Positions 43,302 to 53,097 of a stretch of DNA of 57,953 nt are shown here, piece after piece; positions within the stretch are counted from its first letter, which is position 1, and each line of letters opens with the position of its first letter. The translations under genes and the position numbers were made by a program. The stretch comes from Rickettsia typhi (GTDB lineage: Bacteria; Pseudomonadota; Alphaproteobacteria; Rickettsiales; UBA1997). The notes beneath the pieces are model-generated. The model saw nothing but the letters and a program-made list of their open reading frames with translations, did not search any database and was not told the DNA's origin. The stretch lies in NCBI GenBank assembly GCA_945900795.1, contig CAMDJN010000003.1, positions 1 to 57,953 of the forward strand, in the 5' to 3' direction.

Positions 43302-44089
43302 CGGACAAGGCTATCGCCACGTCCCGGTGATCCGTTGCGTTCGTTAGCAATGCGCTGGGTCCATCCCCCTACTACTGCAAGTCCAGATTCGCCGCTAAAT
43401 GGAATTTTTAAGGTAGTGTCGTTTAACGACAATGCACTGTTTCGTTCTTGACGCTGTTCAGGTCGGGGATTATTCGGTTCATTGTTTTTACCATTCTCAT
43501 TTTCTAGCAGATTTTTTGCTACAATCAAATCATCTGCCGACATTTCCAAAGGATTCCTTCCGATAAACTCTTTCGGCATACCGACTGTTATGGTGATAAG
43601 ATTTTTTGATTCGGACATGTCACATTTTAGTCCCAAAGATTCAAATTTTCCCTTGAGTTTTGTGGCTAATTGCCTGGCTTCATCATTTGATTCGCAGACA
43701 AAAATTGTACCTTTATTCTTGCCATCTTGAGAAATTTCTTGTGATTTGATCTCGGAAGATCCTTTCAGAATTTCGTCTATTTCTTCTTTTGTTTTAGTAA
43801 CATTTTCTATTTCTTTTTCTCGCTTTAAAAGCCCCTCTTCCATGAGAGAGATTCGATATTCAAGATTTTTTAGATCTTCATTTTCCTCTTCTTTTTCATC
43901 TAACGACAAGGCGCTATTCTTATCAAAACCCTTAACTCTCTCCTCTTCGTTGGCGTGATCATTTTTCTCATCTTCTTGCGATCGAATAAATTCTCTAAGC
44001 CTCGTCTTCAATTGAGCCAGATCATCCCGCAATGTTCCAATCGCTGATATGAGAATTCTTTGTTTTATTGAGCCCGATTTGTTTTTCAT
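43298..44089 (-). CDS. Hypothetical coiled-coil protein
   Basis: 263-aa open frame coupled to the upstream GNAT by a 4-nt overlap. No recognisable motif. Confidence 0.7.
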   Translation of the reverse strand: MKNKSGSIKQRILISAIGTLRDDLAQLKTRLREFIRSQEDEKNDHANEEERVKGFDKNSALSLDEKEEENEDLKNLEYRISLMEEGLLKREKEIENVTKTKEEIDEILKGSSEIKSQEISQDGKNKGTIFVCESNDEARQLATKLKGKFESLGLKCDMSESKNLITITVGMPKEFIGRNPLEMSADDLIVAKNLLENENGKNNEPNNPRPEQRQERNSALSLNDTTLKIPFSGESGLAVVGGWTQRIANERNGSPGRGDSLVR

Positions 44090-44640
44090 AAATTTTTTAA
44101 ATAAATTCCGACAGTAAGTTCATTGTCACTCATTGAAATTAACTCTTCGAAGCCGAGTTTTTTGTGAAAATTTATTGAGGCCAAATTGCAAAATGGTTGA
44201 TGAACAATTTTGCAAATAACCGAAGAATATGATCTCGTCTTCAGTTCATTGATCATTGCCAGCACGAGTTTTTCGCCAACATTTTTTGTGCCAATTTTCT
44301 TTGCAATTTGTCGATAATAAAAAGTTTTTGCACCAAGACTTTGAGCTCTTTGTAATTCCAAAACTTCTTTTTGAAAAAGATTGTCAGTTTTCTTCATATC
44401 ACATGCAATCAGGTATCCCAAGACCTCATCGCCACTCTTAGCGGCAAGAACAAGAAAATTTTCTTTGTCCAGAATCATTTCTTGAACAACTTTATCTGTA
44501 AGTTCTTGTATTAAGAATCCTTTTTTACCCGCATCTCGCCTCTCCTCATCTCTTTGTTTTGCAAGTAGGCGAGAGTTGCAAATGCCCACTATCTCCGACA
44601 CATCACTGAGCGATGCTTCTATTACTTTTTGATCAAGCAT
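44086..44640 (-). CDS. GNAT family acetyltransferase
   Basis: VLGYLIA...KNVGEKL...NLASINFHKKLGF. Confidence 0.75.
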   Translation of the reverse strand: MLDQKVIEASLSDVSEIVGICNSRLLAKQRDEERRDAGKKGFLIQELTDKVVQEMILDKENFLVLAAKSGDEVLGYLIACDMKKTDNLFQKEVLELQRAQSLGAKTFYYRQIAKKIGTKNVGEKLVLAMINELKTRSYSSVICKIVHQPFCNLASINFHKKLGFEELISMSDNELTVGIYLKNL

Positions 44641-45815
44641 ACAATGACTTTCTGAATGACTTGATTGGTTAGAATGCGGAAAGGTTTTGCGACCTTAATT
44701 TTATCAGTAGTTAGCTCGATCAAGCCTTGATTGGCAAGGATTTGTAATTTTTGGAAATCAAAAATTTCTTCCAGATTTTTTTGAAAATGCGGATAAAAAA
44801 TCTCAGAAGAGATTCCCTCCAATAAGCGCAAGCCCATTAAAATCAACTCTTCCAGCAATTCTGTTTCAGAAATTTTATCAATTTTTTGAATCCCACAATT
44901 AGTCTCTTCAACTTTTTTTAACCAGGTCATGGGGTCATGTAGCATCATAACCGCATCCCTTGAACCTGTATCGAAATATATTCTGGAATGCGCGCCAGCG
45001 CCAATCCCAATATAATTATCACCTTGCCAATAGGCTAAATTGTGACGACAGAATTTTGTATCCTTGGCATAATTTGAAATTTCGTAGAAATTAAAACCGG
45101 CATCACTAGTGATTTGATTAGTCATTTCATAAAATTCTGCTGCGAGATTTTCATCCGGCATTTCAAATTTTTTTTGTGAATATTGTGAGAAAAATTTGGT
45201 GCCCTTTTCAATCGTAAGCTGGTAAAGGGAGAGATGTTTTGTGCCGAATGCTATTGCCCGTGAAAGCTCATGAGACCACGATTCCAGGCTTTGTTTTGGT
45301 CTTGCGTAAATTAGATCAAAAGAAAAATTATCAAAGATTTTGGCTGCAATTTCGATGGTTTTTATCGCTTCCTCTGAGGAATGCTCTCTTCCTAAAAATT
45401 TTAAATCAGCGTCGTTAAGAGCTTGAATACCGATTGAGATTCGATTGATTCCACAGGATCTCAGTGCTTGAAATTTAGCGCTCTCAGATGAGGTCGGGTT
45501 TGCCTCCAGGCTGATTTCGCAATCATCTTCAATCTTCCATAATTTGGAGATTTTATTTAGAATTCCTGCAACCAATGGAATTGGCATTAAAGATGGGGTG
45601 CCCCCACCAAAGAAAATCGTTTTTACAGCTTTTACACCTATTTTGTGATAAAAAAATTCTAATTCCTTTTCGTAAGCTGATAGGAATCTCGCATGATTAA
45701 CCTCGTCATTCACGTGCGAATTAAAGTCGCAGTAGGGGCATTTTGCTTTGCAGAAAGGATAATGGATGTAAATGGAGATATGATTTTTATTGTACACGAA
45801 TGGGGCTACTTGCAA
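44622..45815 (-). CDS. hemW: Radical SAM heme chaperone HemW
   Basis: YIHYPFCKAKCPYCDFNS, GGGTPS, YEISNY, HNLAYW. Start uncertain. Confidence 0.93.
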   Translation of the reverse strand: MQVAPFVYNKNHISIYIHYPFCKAKCPYCDFNSHVNDEVNHARFLSAYEKELEFFYHKIGVKAVKTIFFGGGTPSLMPIPLVAGILNKISKLWKIEDDCEISLEANPTSSESAKFQALRSCGINRISIGIQALNDADLKFLGREHSSEEAIKTIEIAAKIFDNFSFDLIYARPKQSLESWSHELSRAIAFGTKHLSLYQLTIEKGTKFFSQYSQKKFEMPDENLAAEFYEMTNQITSDAGFNFYEISNYAKDTKFCRHNLAYWQGDNYIGIGAGAHSRIYFDTGSRDAVMMLHDPMTWLKKVEETNCGIQKIDKISETELLEELILMGLRLLEGISSEIFYPHFQKNLEEIFDFQKLQILANQGLIELTTDKIKVAKPFRILTNQVIQKVIVCLIKK

Positions 45816-45866
45816 TTTTAAAAGTGATTTTTACGGTGACATTATTCCTTCTTTGCTTCTACTCTA

Positions 45867-45941
45867 GGCCCCTTCATCTAACGGTTAGGATGCCACCCTT
45901 TCACGGTGGAAATACGGATTCGAATTCCGTAGGGGTCACCA
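45867..45941 (+). tRNA. tRNA-Glu(TTC)
   Basis: GGCCCCT...CCACCCTTTCACGGTGG...AGGGGTCACCA. Confidence 0.96.
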
Positions 45942-48251
45942 TCTCATCTTTTTTACCATTCCGCTACTAGTTTTAATTAAGACTGCGGCATTTTTTAGAT
46001 ATAAAAAATGCCCACCATTGTGGTAAAAATCAAAATTATCGATTTTGATTTTATTGCTTTGAATGCAGTTGGGAAGCGCATATTTCCTCGTTAGATTCAC
46101 TATCACATCAAAATCATCTTTACAAATTTCTGAGATTTTATTTCTTGCCAACAAGATAAGAATCTTTCGATTTTTTGTAATTTTACATTTCAATTCATCA
46201 CAAGAAATTTCTTTTATAAAAGTATTTTTTAAAGATCGAAAGTCATCTTCTCCCATCTTTTTAATCCAGGATTCTCGCTGTTTTGAAGGTCTAAGGTTTT
46301 TCGAAAAAACTAGGCCGTTTTCTTTATCATAAAGAGCAAAGAATTTTTGTTTCCCGTCCAGTAAAATATCAGGCAAAATACTTGTTTTCATCGCGAAGTA
46401 AATCGTTAGAAATGACAAAAGGAAAACCGCTATTCCAATAAAGCGTAGCCTGTCTTTTGTTAGAAAGATTAACAATAAACCTAGCGTAGAGATAAACAAA
46501 CCAAGACTTGGCATTGTAAGGCCACGAAGGCTTGAGTGATCAATATCGGCAACAAAAATCGCTATTTTTTCTATCACAATAATTCCATTTCCCATCAACA
46601 TCAGCAGCGGTTCATCGAGATTAATTGGCATTGCAAGGAGAGATAAGAATCCTAGCGGCATCACAAAAAAGCTTGCGACTGGAATTGCAAAAACATTAGA
46701 GATGAATCCAAGCAGGGGAACGTCTGGAAAGGACCTTATCAAGAAAGGTAAGGTGGTAATTTGAATCAAAATTGAGACTAAAATTATTTCAAAAAAATAT
46801 CGAAAGAACTTATTAACTGGGTGGTTTCTGAAGTGATTCATCTCATGCTTTGGTAGCGCTTCATGAGTGATCAGCAGGGTTAGAATTGCAACGAATGAAA
46901 GCTGAAAACCGATATTTAGAATTGCGTAAGGATTCAATAAAATTAAGGCCAAAGCAGCAATCAGAATTGCTCTTCTGGCGTTTAGTTTTTCATCGCAGAG
47001 TAATGCGATCGATGCCAGCAAAATCATTGCAAAAGCGCGTTGTGCCGGGATAGGAGAGCCAGAAATTTTTAGGTAAAAGAATGTGCCAAAAATTGCTAAA
47101 ATTCCTGAAATTTTTTTGATGTTGTAATGTAGGGTAAAATGCTCGCTGCGAGAGAGGAGAAAGCGAATCGAGATAAAAAAGAATGCGCCCGCGAGTGAGA
47201 GATGGAATCCAGAAACAGACAGTAAATGAGCCAGTCCCGAGATTCTGATTTTCTTTAAAAGTTCTGCTGAAATTTGCCCTTGATCACCAATTAGAAAGGC
47301 TGCGGCAACAGCTGATTCATCGCCTTGAAGCGTGGTTGAAATCTTGGTTCTAATTTTTTCCCTCAATGATTTAAACCACTCCTCGATACTGGAAACCCGC
47401 CCTTTCTGTAGGATTTTTATTTCCCCGATCACAAAACCGTGAGCGCCAATTCTTTTGGCCTTTGCATCAAATCTAAAATCAAAATCATCTGGAAAATCCT
47501 TTTCCTTTGGGGGCTGCAAAAACATTCTGGCAGCAATCAAATCATTGACTGCGAGGCTAGGTACATTCTTGACCAGGTTAACTGAAATTTTTTGTGGCGG
47601 ATTGGGGAATTCATGTTTCGTGCCAACCCAGTTTACATGTTGGTAATTGGCTGAATAATCCAGAAATTTGCGATCAATTTCTTGATAATCTTCAAGATTG
47701 AGAAAATTTTTCTGAATATTTTTCTCGCTAATTTTTCTTGGCTTCCCTCCTAGCTTCCCTACCAGTTTCCCCGCCACTTTCCCCGCCACTTCCCCTTCGG
47801 GTTTTTTTCTACTGGATTTTTTGGTGGTTTCTGGATTCTTTAGTGAATTGCTCTTGTAAAGAGATGGCTGCACGATCACTAAGTTAGCGCCTTCCAGCCC
47901 GTTTATAGGATTATAGAATTTTTTTATTGCGGCAACTTTTCCGACAGCATCAACATAAATCTTTCCTGTAATTTCAGTTTGATTTAAGAGAAGTTTTTGA
48001 TAGACAGCGCAGTAAAAGCTTCCACTAAGAAACAGGGCGCAACACAGAAATATCAAAGAGTTTCTGGATTTTCTGAAATAGAAAAACGAGGCGAATGAGC
48101 TGAGAAATAGGAGAAGAAGAATTGTGAAATGTGATAAGAATCCAGTTTGAAACTTGAGGTAAAAAAGTACTCCGAAGCCAAATAAAACTGGTATCCACAA
48201 GAGTGAATCATTCTTCTTGAGATCAAAAATTTTGGTGTGGTGGGTTTGCAT
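45936..48251 (-). CDS. comEC: ComEC/Rec2 competence membrane protein
   Basis: GLAHLLSVSGFH, QRA, GFQLSF, multiple TM helices. Confidence 0.92.
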   Translation of the reverse strand: MQTHHTKIFDLKKNDSLLWIPVLFGFGVLFYLKFQTGFLSHFTILLLLFLSSFASFFYFRKSRNSLIFLCCALFLSGSFYCAVYQKLLLNQTEITGKIYVDAVGKVAAIKKFYNPINGLEGANLVIVQPSLYKSNSLKNPETTKKSSRKKPEGEVAGKVAGKLVGKLGGKPRKISEKNIQKNFLNLEDYQEIDRKFLDYSANYQHVNWVGTKHEFPNPPQKISVNLVKNVPSLAVNDLIAARMFLQPPKEKDFPDDFDFRFDAKAKRIGAHGFVIGEIKILQKGRVSSIEEWFKSLREKIRTKISTTLQGDESAVAAAFLIGDQGQISAELLKKIRISGLAHLLSVSGFHLSLAGAFFFISIRFLLSRSEHFTLHYNIKKISGILAIFGTFFYLKISGSPIPAQRAFAMILLASIALLCDEKLNARRAILIAALALILLNPYAILNIGFQLSFVAILTLLITHEALPKHEMNHFRNHPVNKFFRYFFEIILVSILIQITTLPFLIRSFPDVPLLGFISNVFAIPVASFFVMPLGFLSLLAMPINLDEPLLMLMGNGIIVIEKIAIFVADIDHSSLRGLTMPSLGLFISTLGLLLIFLTKDRLRFIGIAVFLLSFLTIYFAMKTSILPDILLDGKQKFFALYDKENGLVFSKNLRPSKQRESWIKKMGEDDFRSLKNTFIKEISCDELKCKITKNRKILILLARNKISEICKDDFDVIVNLTRKYALPNCIQSNKIKIDNFDFYHNGGHFLYLKNAAVLIKTSSGMVKKMRW
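47742..47795. repeat. 12-bp coding tandem repeat in comEC
   Basis: Encodes GEVA-GKVA-GKLV-GKLG-GK. Confidence 0.85.
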
Positions 48252-48306
48252 TTGTGATTTTATATACCCGAGAGAAGTTAGTGTCCTTCCATCAGGCTGG
48301 ATAATA

Positions 48307-48341
48307 GGAACCTCTAAAAAATCTAATTTTTAGAGACTCCC
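48307..48341. repeat. Collapsed family-B element (35 bp)
   Basis: GGAACCTCTAAAAAATCTAATTTTTAGAGACTCCC. Confidence 0.8.
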
Positions 48342-48346
48342 TAACG

Positions 48347-48386
48347 CCAGAGCTACTTGAAGCCTGAGCGGTTCTGCTCTGGTATA
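48347..48386. repeat. Solo hairpin module overlapping the dehydratase 3' end
   Basis: CCAGAGCTACTTGAAGCCTGAGCGGTTCTGCTCTGGTATA resembles 52618-52661. Confidence 0.75.
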
Positions 48387-49321
48387 TTTCCGCCAGATAT
48401 TATCACCAAAAGTTTTTGATTTTTTTTTGGATTTTGTTTTAAGAAGAGGGCGCAGCCTGCTATTGCTAACGCTGACGTCGGTTCAATTTTTTCCTGCAAA
48501 TTCTCTATCAATTTTTTTTGCCAGAAGATTATGTCAGATTCAGAAATTTCTAAAATATCGGGAAGCTGTCTAAGGTAGTTAAAGCAAAGGTCGGAAACTG
48601 ATAGGGTTCTGGCTCCGTCGGCAATTGTGTCTGGCGTTTCTTCAAAAGAAAAAATTTTACCATTACGAAATGATTTTGCCGCATCATTAGCATTCAATGG
48701 TTCGCAAGCAAAAACTTTTGATTCTGGTGAGAATAATTTAGCTGTTAAGAAGGTTCCGGAAACTAAGCCCCCTCCTCCACATGGTGCAAAAATCGCATCA
48801 AATTTTCCAACCTCGTTAATAGCCTCTAGAGCGCATGTGGCTTGACCGCATATCACATCATCATTACTTGAGGGATGGATAAAAAAATATCCTTCTTTTT
48901 GCTTATCTAAGGCAAGCTGGTTAACTTCCGATCTTTGATCTTTAAGTATTACTTCTGCCCCTAAAGCACGTGTAGTGGCAATTTTAAATGGTGAAGCTGC
49001 TGATATCATGTAAACTAAGCAGGGAATTCCAAAATTCTTACATGCGTTTGCGGTAGCCTGGGCATGGTTTCCAGAGCTTTGAACTACAATTTTTTCTGGC
49101 AATCTGCCATATTTTTCCTTGTAAGCTAAAATAGCATTGAATGCCCCCCTCGCCTTGAAAGAGTTCGTTTTCTGACGATTCTCCATTTTAAAAAAGATCT
49201 CAGAACCGAATTCATTATTCAGGTTTTTATTCGAAATTAATGCGGTATGGTTGATGTAATTTTGTATCCTACGATGAGCGTTGAGAATATCGCTAGAACC
49301 TGGCTCTACGTAGCTTTGCAT
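48353..49321 (-). CDS. PLP-dependent serine/threonine dehydratase family protein
   Basis: SFKARGA, SSGNHA, GGGGL, TIADG, ISGGN. Confidence 0.92.
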   Translation of the reverse strand: MQSYVEPGSSDILNAHRRIQNYINHTALISNKNLNNEFGSEIFFKMENRQKTNSFKARGAFNAILAYKEKYGRLPEKIVVQSSGNHAQATANACKNFGIPCLVYMISAASPFKIATTRALGAEVILKDQRSEVNQLALDKQKEGYFFIHPSSNDDVICGQATCALEAINEVGKFDAIFAPCGGGGLVSGTFLTAKLFSPESKVFACEPLNANDAAKSFRNGKIFSFEETPDTIADGARTLSVSDLCFNYLRQLPDILEISESDIIFWQKKLIENLQEKIEPTSALAIAGCALFLKQNPKKNQKLLVIISGGNIPEQNRSGFK

Positions 49322-49338
49322 AAAAAGATTCGGATTAT

Positions 49339-50343
49339 TTAATTTTTAGAGACTCCCTTCAGTCCTAATTCTTTTAAATCTGCCTCAACCATAATTTTGA
49401 CCAATTCATCAAAACTAGTTTTTGGTTTCCAGCCCAATTTTTTGTTAGCCTTTGCCGCATCTCCAATCAGCAAATCAACCTCCGTAGGACGAAGATAGCG
49501 CTCATCGAACTCGATGTAATCCTGCCAGTTTAAATCAACATAATTGAAAGCCTTTTCAAGGAATTGTTTAACACTCCAGGTCTCGCCAGTGGCAATTACA
49601 TAATCATCAGCCTCTTCTTGTTGAAGCATGAGCCACATTACTTCAACGTAATCTTTGGCATATCCCCAATCACGTTTAGCATCAAGATTTCCGAGGTAAA
49701 TTTTTTTGTCTAATCCTGCCATAATTCTCGCCAGACCACGGGTAATTTTGCGAGTAACAAAAGTTTCTCCCCTTCTTGGACTTTCGTGATTAAATAAAAT
49801 TCCGTTCGAAGCATGCATTCCGTACGATTCACGGTAATTAACCACTTGGTGAAAAGAATAAACTTTAGCGCATGCATAAGGACTGCGCGGGTAAAAAGGT
49901 GTAGTTTCTTTTTGGGGTACTTCCAAAACTCTGCCATACATTTCAGAGCTTGAGGCCTGGTAGAACCTGATCGTTTGCGCTGCGCCAACATTACGAATTG
50001 CCTCAAGAAATCTCAGAGTGCCCATTCCAGCTATGTCTACAGTATATTCCGGAATATCGAACGAAACTCGTACATGACTTTGCGCTGCCAGATTATACAC
50101 CTCATCAGGCGCAATTATATCAATTAATTTTTCCAATCTTCCGCCGTCGGATAAATCTCCGTAATGCAACTTGAGTTTGGATTTTTCTTCGTGAACATCC
50201 TTGTAAAGATGCTCTATCCTACCGGTATTGAAGGATGAAGATCTTCTGATTATGCCGTGGACTTCGTAACCTTTTTCTAATAAAAGTTCCGCTAAGTAAG
50301 AACCGTCCTGACCTGTAATTCCGCTGATTAGAGCTTTTTTCAT
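49339..50343 (-). CDS. gmd: GDP-mannose 4,6-dehydratase
   Basis: [30 protein letters not shown]. Confidence 0.98.
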   Translation of the reverse strand: MKKALISGITGQDGSYLAELLLEKGYEVHGIIRRSSSFNTGRIEHLYKDVHEEKSKLKLHYGDLSDGGRLEKLIDIIAPDEVYNLAAQSHVRVSFDIPEYTVDIAGMGTLRFLEAIRNVGAAQTIRFYQASSSEMYGRVLEVPQKETTPFYPRSPYACAKVYSFHQVVNYRESYGMHASNGILFNHESPRRGETFVTRKITRGLARIMAGLDKKIYLGNLDAKRDWGYAKDYVEVMWLMLQQEEADDYVIATGETWSVKQFLEKAFNYVDLNWQDYIEFDERYLRPTEVDLLIGDAAKANKKLGWKPKTSFDELVKIMVEADLKELGLKGVSKN

Positions 50344-50353
50344 GATTCGTTAA

Positions 50354-50466
50354 TATATCACAATTGAAGATACCACGCACTGTTTGGTATCTTTGGGCGC
50401 GCGACTACTGTCGCGTACAAAATAAAAACTTATACACAACCAACTTCTTGAAGCTGGTTGTGTATG
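50354..50466 (-). repeat. Composite hairpin-connector-hairpin repeat, copy 3 (partly deleted)
   Basis: Reverse-orientation match to copy 1: TTGAAGATACC..TGTTTGGTAT, CGCGAC-TACT-GTCGCG, TATACACAACCAACTTCTTGAAG. Confidence 0.85.
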
Positions 50467-50480
50467 GACTTAGATTTGAA

Positions 50481-52610
50481 ATGAAAAACCCACTTTTATT
50501 ACCGCTATCATCACTACCAAAAGTTGGAACGGTAATCGCTAAATCACTAGCAAAACTTGTTGGTCGAGATCGGGTTTTTGATTTGTTACTTCACTTACCA
50601 ACCAAAGTTGAGCAAATTAGATTTTGTCCGCGACTTTTTGATGTTGAAAGTGAGGAATTAATCATCATCAAAACTAAAGTCGAGTCTCATCTAAAACCTG
50701 CCACCACAAAACAGCCCTACAAGGTGATCTGCTATACTCCTAGCGGATATTTAAGTCTGATTTTTTTTAGAATTTTTCCAAGCCAGATCGCAAAAATGCC
50801 AATTGGATCTGAGATTGCGGTAATGGGACGTTTACAAAAAATTTCTGGAGAAAATCAAATCATTCATCCTAGCGAAATTCTTCCAGCCGACAAGATTTCT
50901 ACCCTTCCGCAACTTGATGTTATCTACCCACTTTCTAGCGGCATTACGCAAAGATTTTTAATTCAGAAAATCAAAGAAGTTTGCGAAAAAATTTCTCATA
51001 ATTACACCTCGCGAGAAGCACGTTCAGTGGATTGGTCGGCGGAGTGGTCAACGGAATGGCCAATGGAATGGATCAACCACCATCTCATGCAAAAAGAAGG
51101 TTGGAGCGGAATTATGGAGTCTCTCAGAAAAATTCATAATCCAAAATCAGAAAGTGACTTCTTGCCAAATAATCCGTATCGCAAACGCCTTGCTTACGAT
51201 GAATTGCTAGCTTGGCAAATCGCAGTTTTGTTTACAAAGTCACAATCAAAAAGGGAGAAAAAATTTGTACAAATAAGCACAAATTTAGCAGAAGAATTTT
51301 TCTTATCGCTACCATTCCAGCCAACAAAATCACAGATCGAAGCCAATCGAGAAATTACCGCAGAAATTAATTCCTGCAAAAAAATGCTGCGACTATTGCA
51401 GGGCGATGTTGGCAGCGGTAAGACTATAATCGCAATCTCCGCCTGTCTGAATAGTATATCGCAGCAAAAACAAGCTTGTGTAATTGCACCAACATCGATT
51501 CTAACGAAGCAGCATTATTCCTACTTTCGTAAGCTGTTATCCGGGTTTGATCTGAACATTGAAATACTCACCTCGTCAACAAGCAAAAGTCACAGAAAGA
51601 AAATTCTAACTAATTTAGCTGATGGAAAAATAAACATCCTGATAGCTACTCACGCAGCCCTAGAGGATGATATAAAGTTTCAGCATCTCGGACTTGTGGT
51701 CATTGATGAGCAGCATCGTTTTGGCGTAATGCAGCGCTTGAAGATGGTTGAAAAAGGTAAAGAAGTTGATACTCTTTTAATGAGCGCAACCCCAATACCA
51801 CGTAGCTTGATGATGTCCCTTTACGGTGATATGGATATTTCTGTTTTAAACGAAAAACCACAAAATCGTCAAAAAATTACGACACTTGTTATGTCCGCAA
51901 AAAAAACCGGTGAAATTTATGATTCTATGAAGCGCGCGGTTTTGAGAGGAGAAAAAATTTATTGGATTTGTCCCGCAATTGAAGAAACGAGCGAAATGGA
52001 GGCAATCTATCTCGTGAGCGTAAAGAAAAAATTTACCGAATTAGCAGAAATTTTTGGTAAAGAAAAAGTCGCTTTGCTTCACGGAAAAATGAAGGACAAG
52101 GAAAAGGATGAGGTAATGCAAAAATTTGTTGATAGCGATTGTGACTTGCGAATACTGGTCGCAACCACTGTCATAGAAGTAGGAATCGATGTGTCTGATG
52201 CTACAATCATAATTATAGAAAATTCAGAAAATTTTGGATTAGCACAACTTCATCAATTACGGGGTAGAGTTGGAAGATCAGATAAAAAATCTTTTTGTAT
52301 TCTGCTCTACGGTGAAAAGTTAGGATTCAATGGACGTAACAGACTGAATATTTTACGCGAATCTGATGATGGATTTTTTATTGCAGAAGAAGATTTAAAA
52401 ATGCGTGGAAGTGGTGAATTACTTGGTACAAAGCAAAGTGGGTTTCCCGAATTTAAAATTGCCAATTTGAGCTATGACACTGATTTACTCAGTATCGCTA
52501 ACAAAAATGCCAAAGTAATTTTACACCAAGATGAGAAGTTGCAAAGTCAGCAATACCAGGACTTGCTGAGATTTTTTGGATATGATGAATGTTTGAAGAT
52601 GATGGTGTAA
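50481..52610 (+). CDS. recG: ATP-dependent DNA helicase RecG
   Basis: QGDVGSGKT, DEQHRFG, MSATPIPR, QLRGRVGR. The ORF-track 5' extension is repeat DNA. Confidence 0.97.
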   Translation: MKNPLLLPLSSLPKVGTVIAKSLAKLVGRDRVFDLLLHLPTKVEQIRFCPRLFDVESEELIIIKTKVESHLKPATTKQPYKVICYTPSGYLSLIFFRIFPSQIAKMPIGSEIAVMGRLQKISGENQIIHPSEILPADKISTLPQLDVIYPLSSGITQRFLIQKIKEVCEKISHNYTSREARSVDWSAEWSTEWPMEWINHHLMQKEGWSGIMESLRKIHNPKSESDFLPNNPYRKRLAYDELLAWQIAVLFTKSQSKREKKFVQISTNLAEEFFLSLPFQPTKSQIEANREITAEINSCKKMLRLLQGDVGSGKTIIAISACLNSISQQKQACVIAPTSILTKQHYSYFRKLLSGFDLNIEILTSSTSKSHRKKILTNLADGKINILIATHAALEDDIKFQHLGLVVIDEQHRFGVMQRLKMVEKGKEVDTLLMSATPIPRSLMMSLYGDMDISVLNEKPQNRQKITTLVMSAKKTGEIYDSMKRAVLRGEKIYWICPAIEETSEMEAIYLVSVKKKFTELAEIFGKEKVALLHGKMKDKEKDEVMQKFVDSDCDLRILVATTVIEVGIDVSDATIIIIENSENFGLAQLHQLRGRVGRSDKKSFCILLYGEKLGFNGRNRLNILRESDDGFFIAEEDLKMRGSGELLGTKQSGFPEFKIANLSYDTDLLSIANKNAKVILHQDEKLQSQQYQDLLRFFGYDECLKMMV
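51030..51071. repeat. 12-bp coding tandem repeat in recG
   Basis: GATTGGTCGGCG GAGTGGTCAACG GAATGGCCAATG GAATGG encodes DWSA-EWST-EWPM-EW. Confidence 0.8.
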
Positions 52611-52617
52611 TTTGCGA

Positions 52618-52748
52618 TATACCAGAGCTACTTCAAACCTGAACAAATTTACTCTGGTATATGGGGACCCCGCAAGCCAAGAATTTTTGGGGGGCGCCGC
52701 TCATGCGGCGTAAAAAAAATATACCGAAGTCCAAATGGCTTTGGTATG
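52618..52748 (-). repeat. Composite hairpin-connector-hairpin repeat, copy 4
   Basis: The connector GGGGACCCCGCAAGCCAAGAATTTTTGGGGGGCG.. is the reverse of copy 1's. Both flanking TATACC hairpins are new types. Confidence 0.85.
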
Positions 52749-52752
52749 GGCT

Positions 52753-53097
52753 CTAGCGTTGTTTGGGAGCTAAAATGGGAAGCGGGTCAAAGAAATTCTT
52801 AAACTTATCCTTCACACCATCGAATTCTTTTGCCTCAGGAAGTGGATCTTTTTTTTTGGTGATCACTGGCCATTCTTTGGCATATTTGCGGTTTATCTCG
52901 ACCCACTCAATCAATTCTGCAGATTCAGGAGAAATCGCTTCAGCTGGACATTCTGGTACACAAACTCCGCAATCGATACACTCATCCGGATTAATAACCA
53001 ACATATTCTCACCCTCATAAAAACAATCCACAGGGCATACAGAAACGCAGTCGGTATATTTGCAGCGTACGCAATTGTCAGTGACGACGTAGGTCAT
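52753..53097 (-). CDS. fdxA: 7Fe ferredoxin
   Basis: [29 protein letters not shown]. Confidence 0.96.
   Translation of the reverse strand: MTYVVTDNCVRCKYTDCVSVCPVDCFYEGENMLVINPDECIDCGVCVPECPAEAISPESAELIEWVEINRKYAKEWPVITKKKDPLPEAKEFDGVKDKFKNFFDPLPILAPKQR

Noticed and set aside
45936-45941. comEC stop overlapping the tRNA-Glu 3' end as an att site
   Set aside because: No second copy of the tRNA end and no integrase nearby. It is a simple convergent overlap.
48263-48300. TATACCCGAGAGAAG as another hairpin module or IS end
   Set aside because: No matching GGTATA partner or second copy in the window.
50364-50480. N-terminal extension of RecG
   Set aside because: It is translation of composite repeat copy 3. 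ATG at 50481 is the likelier start.
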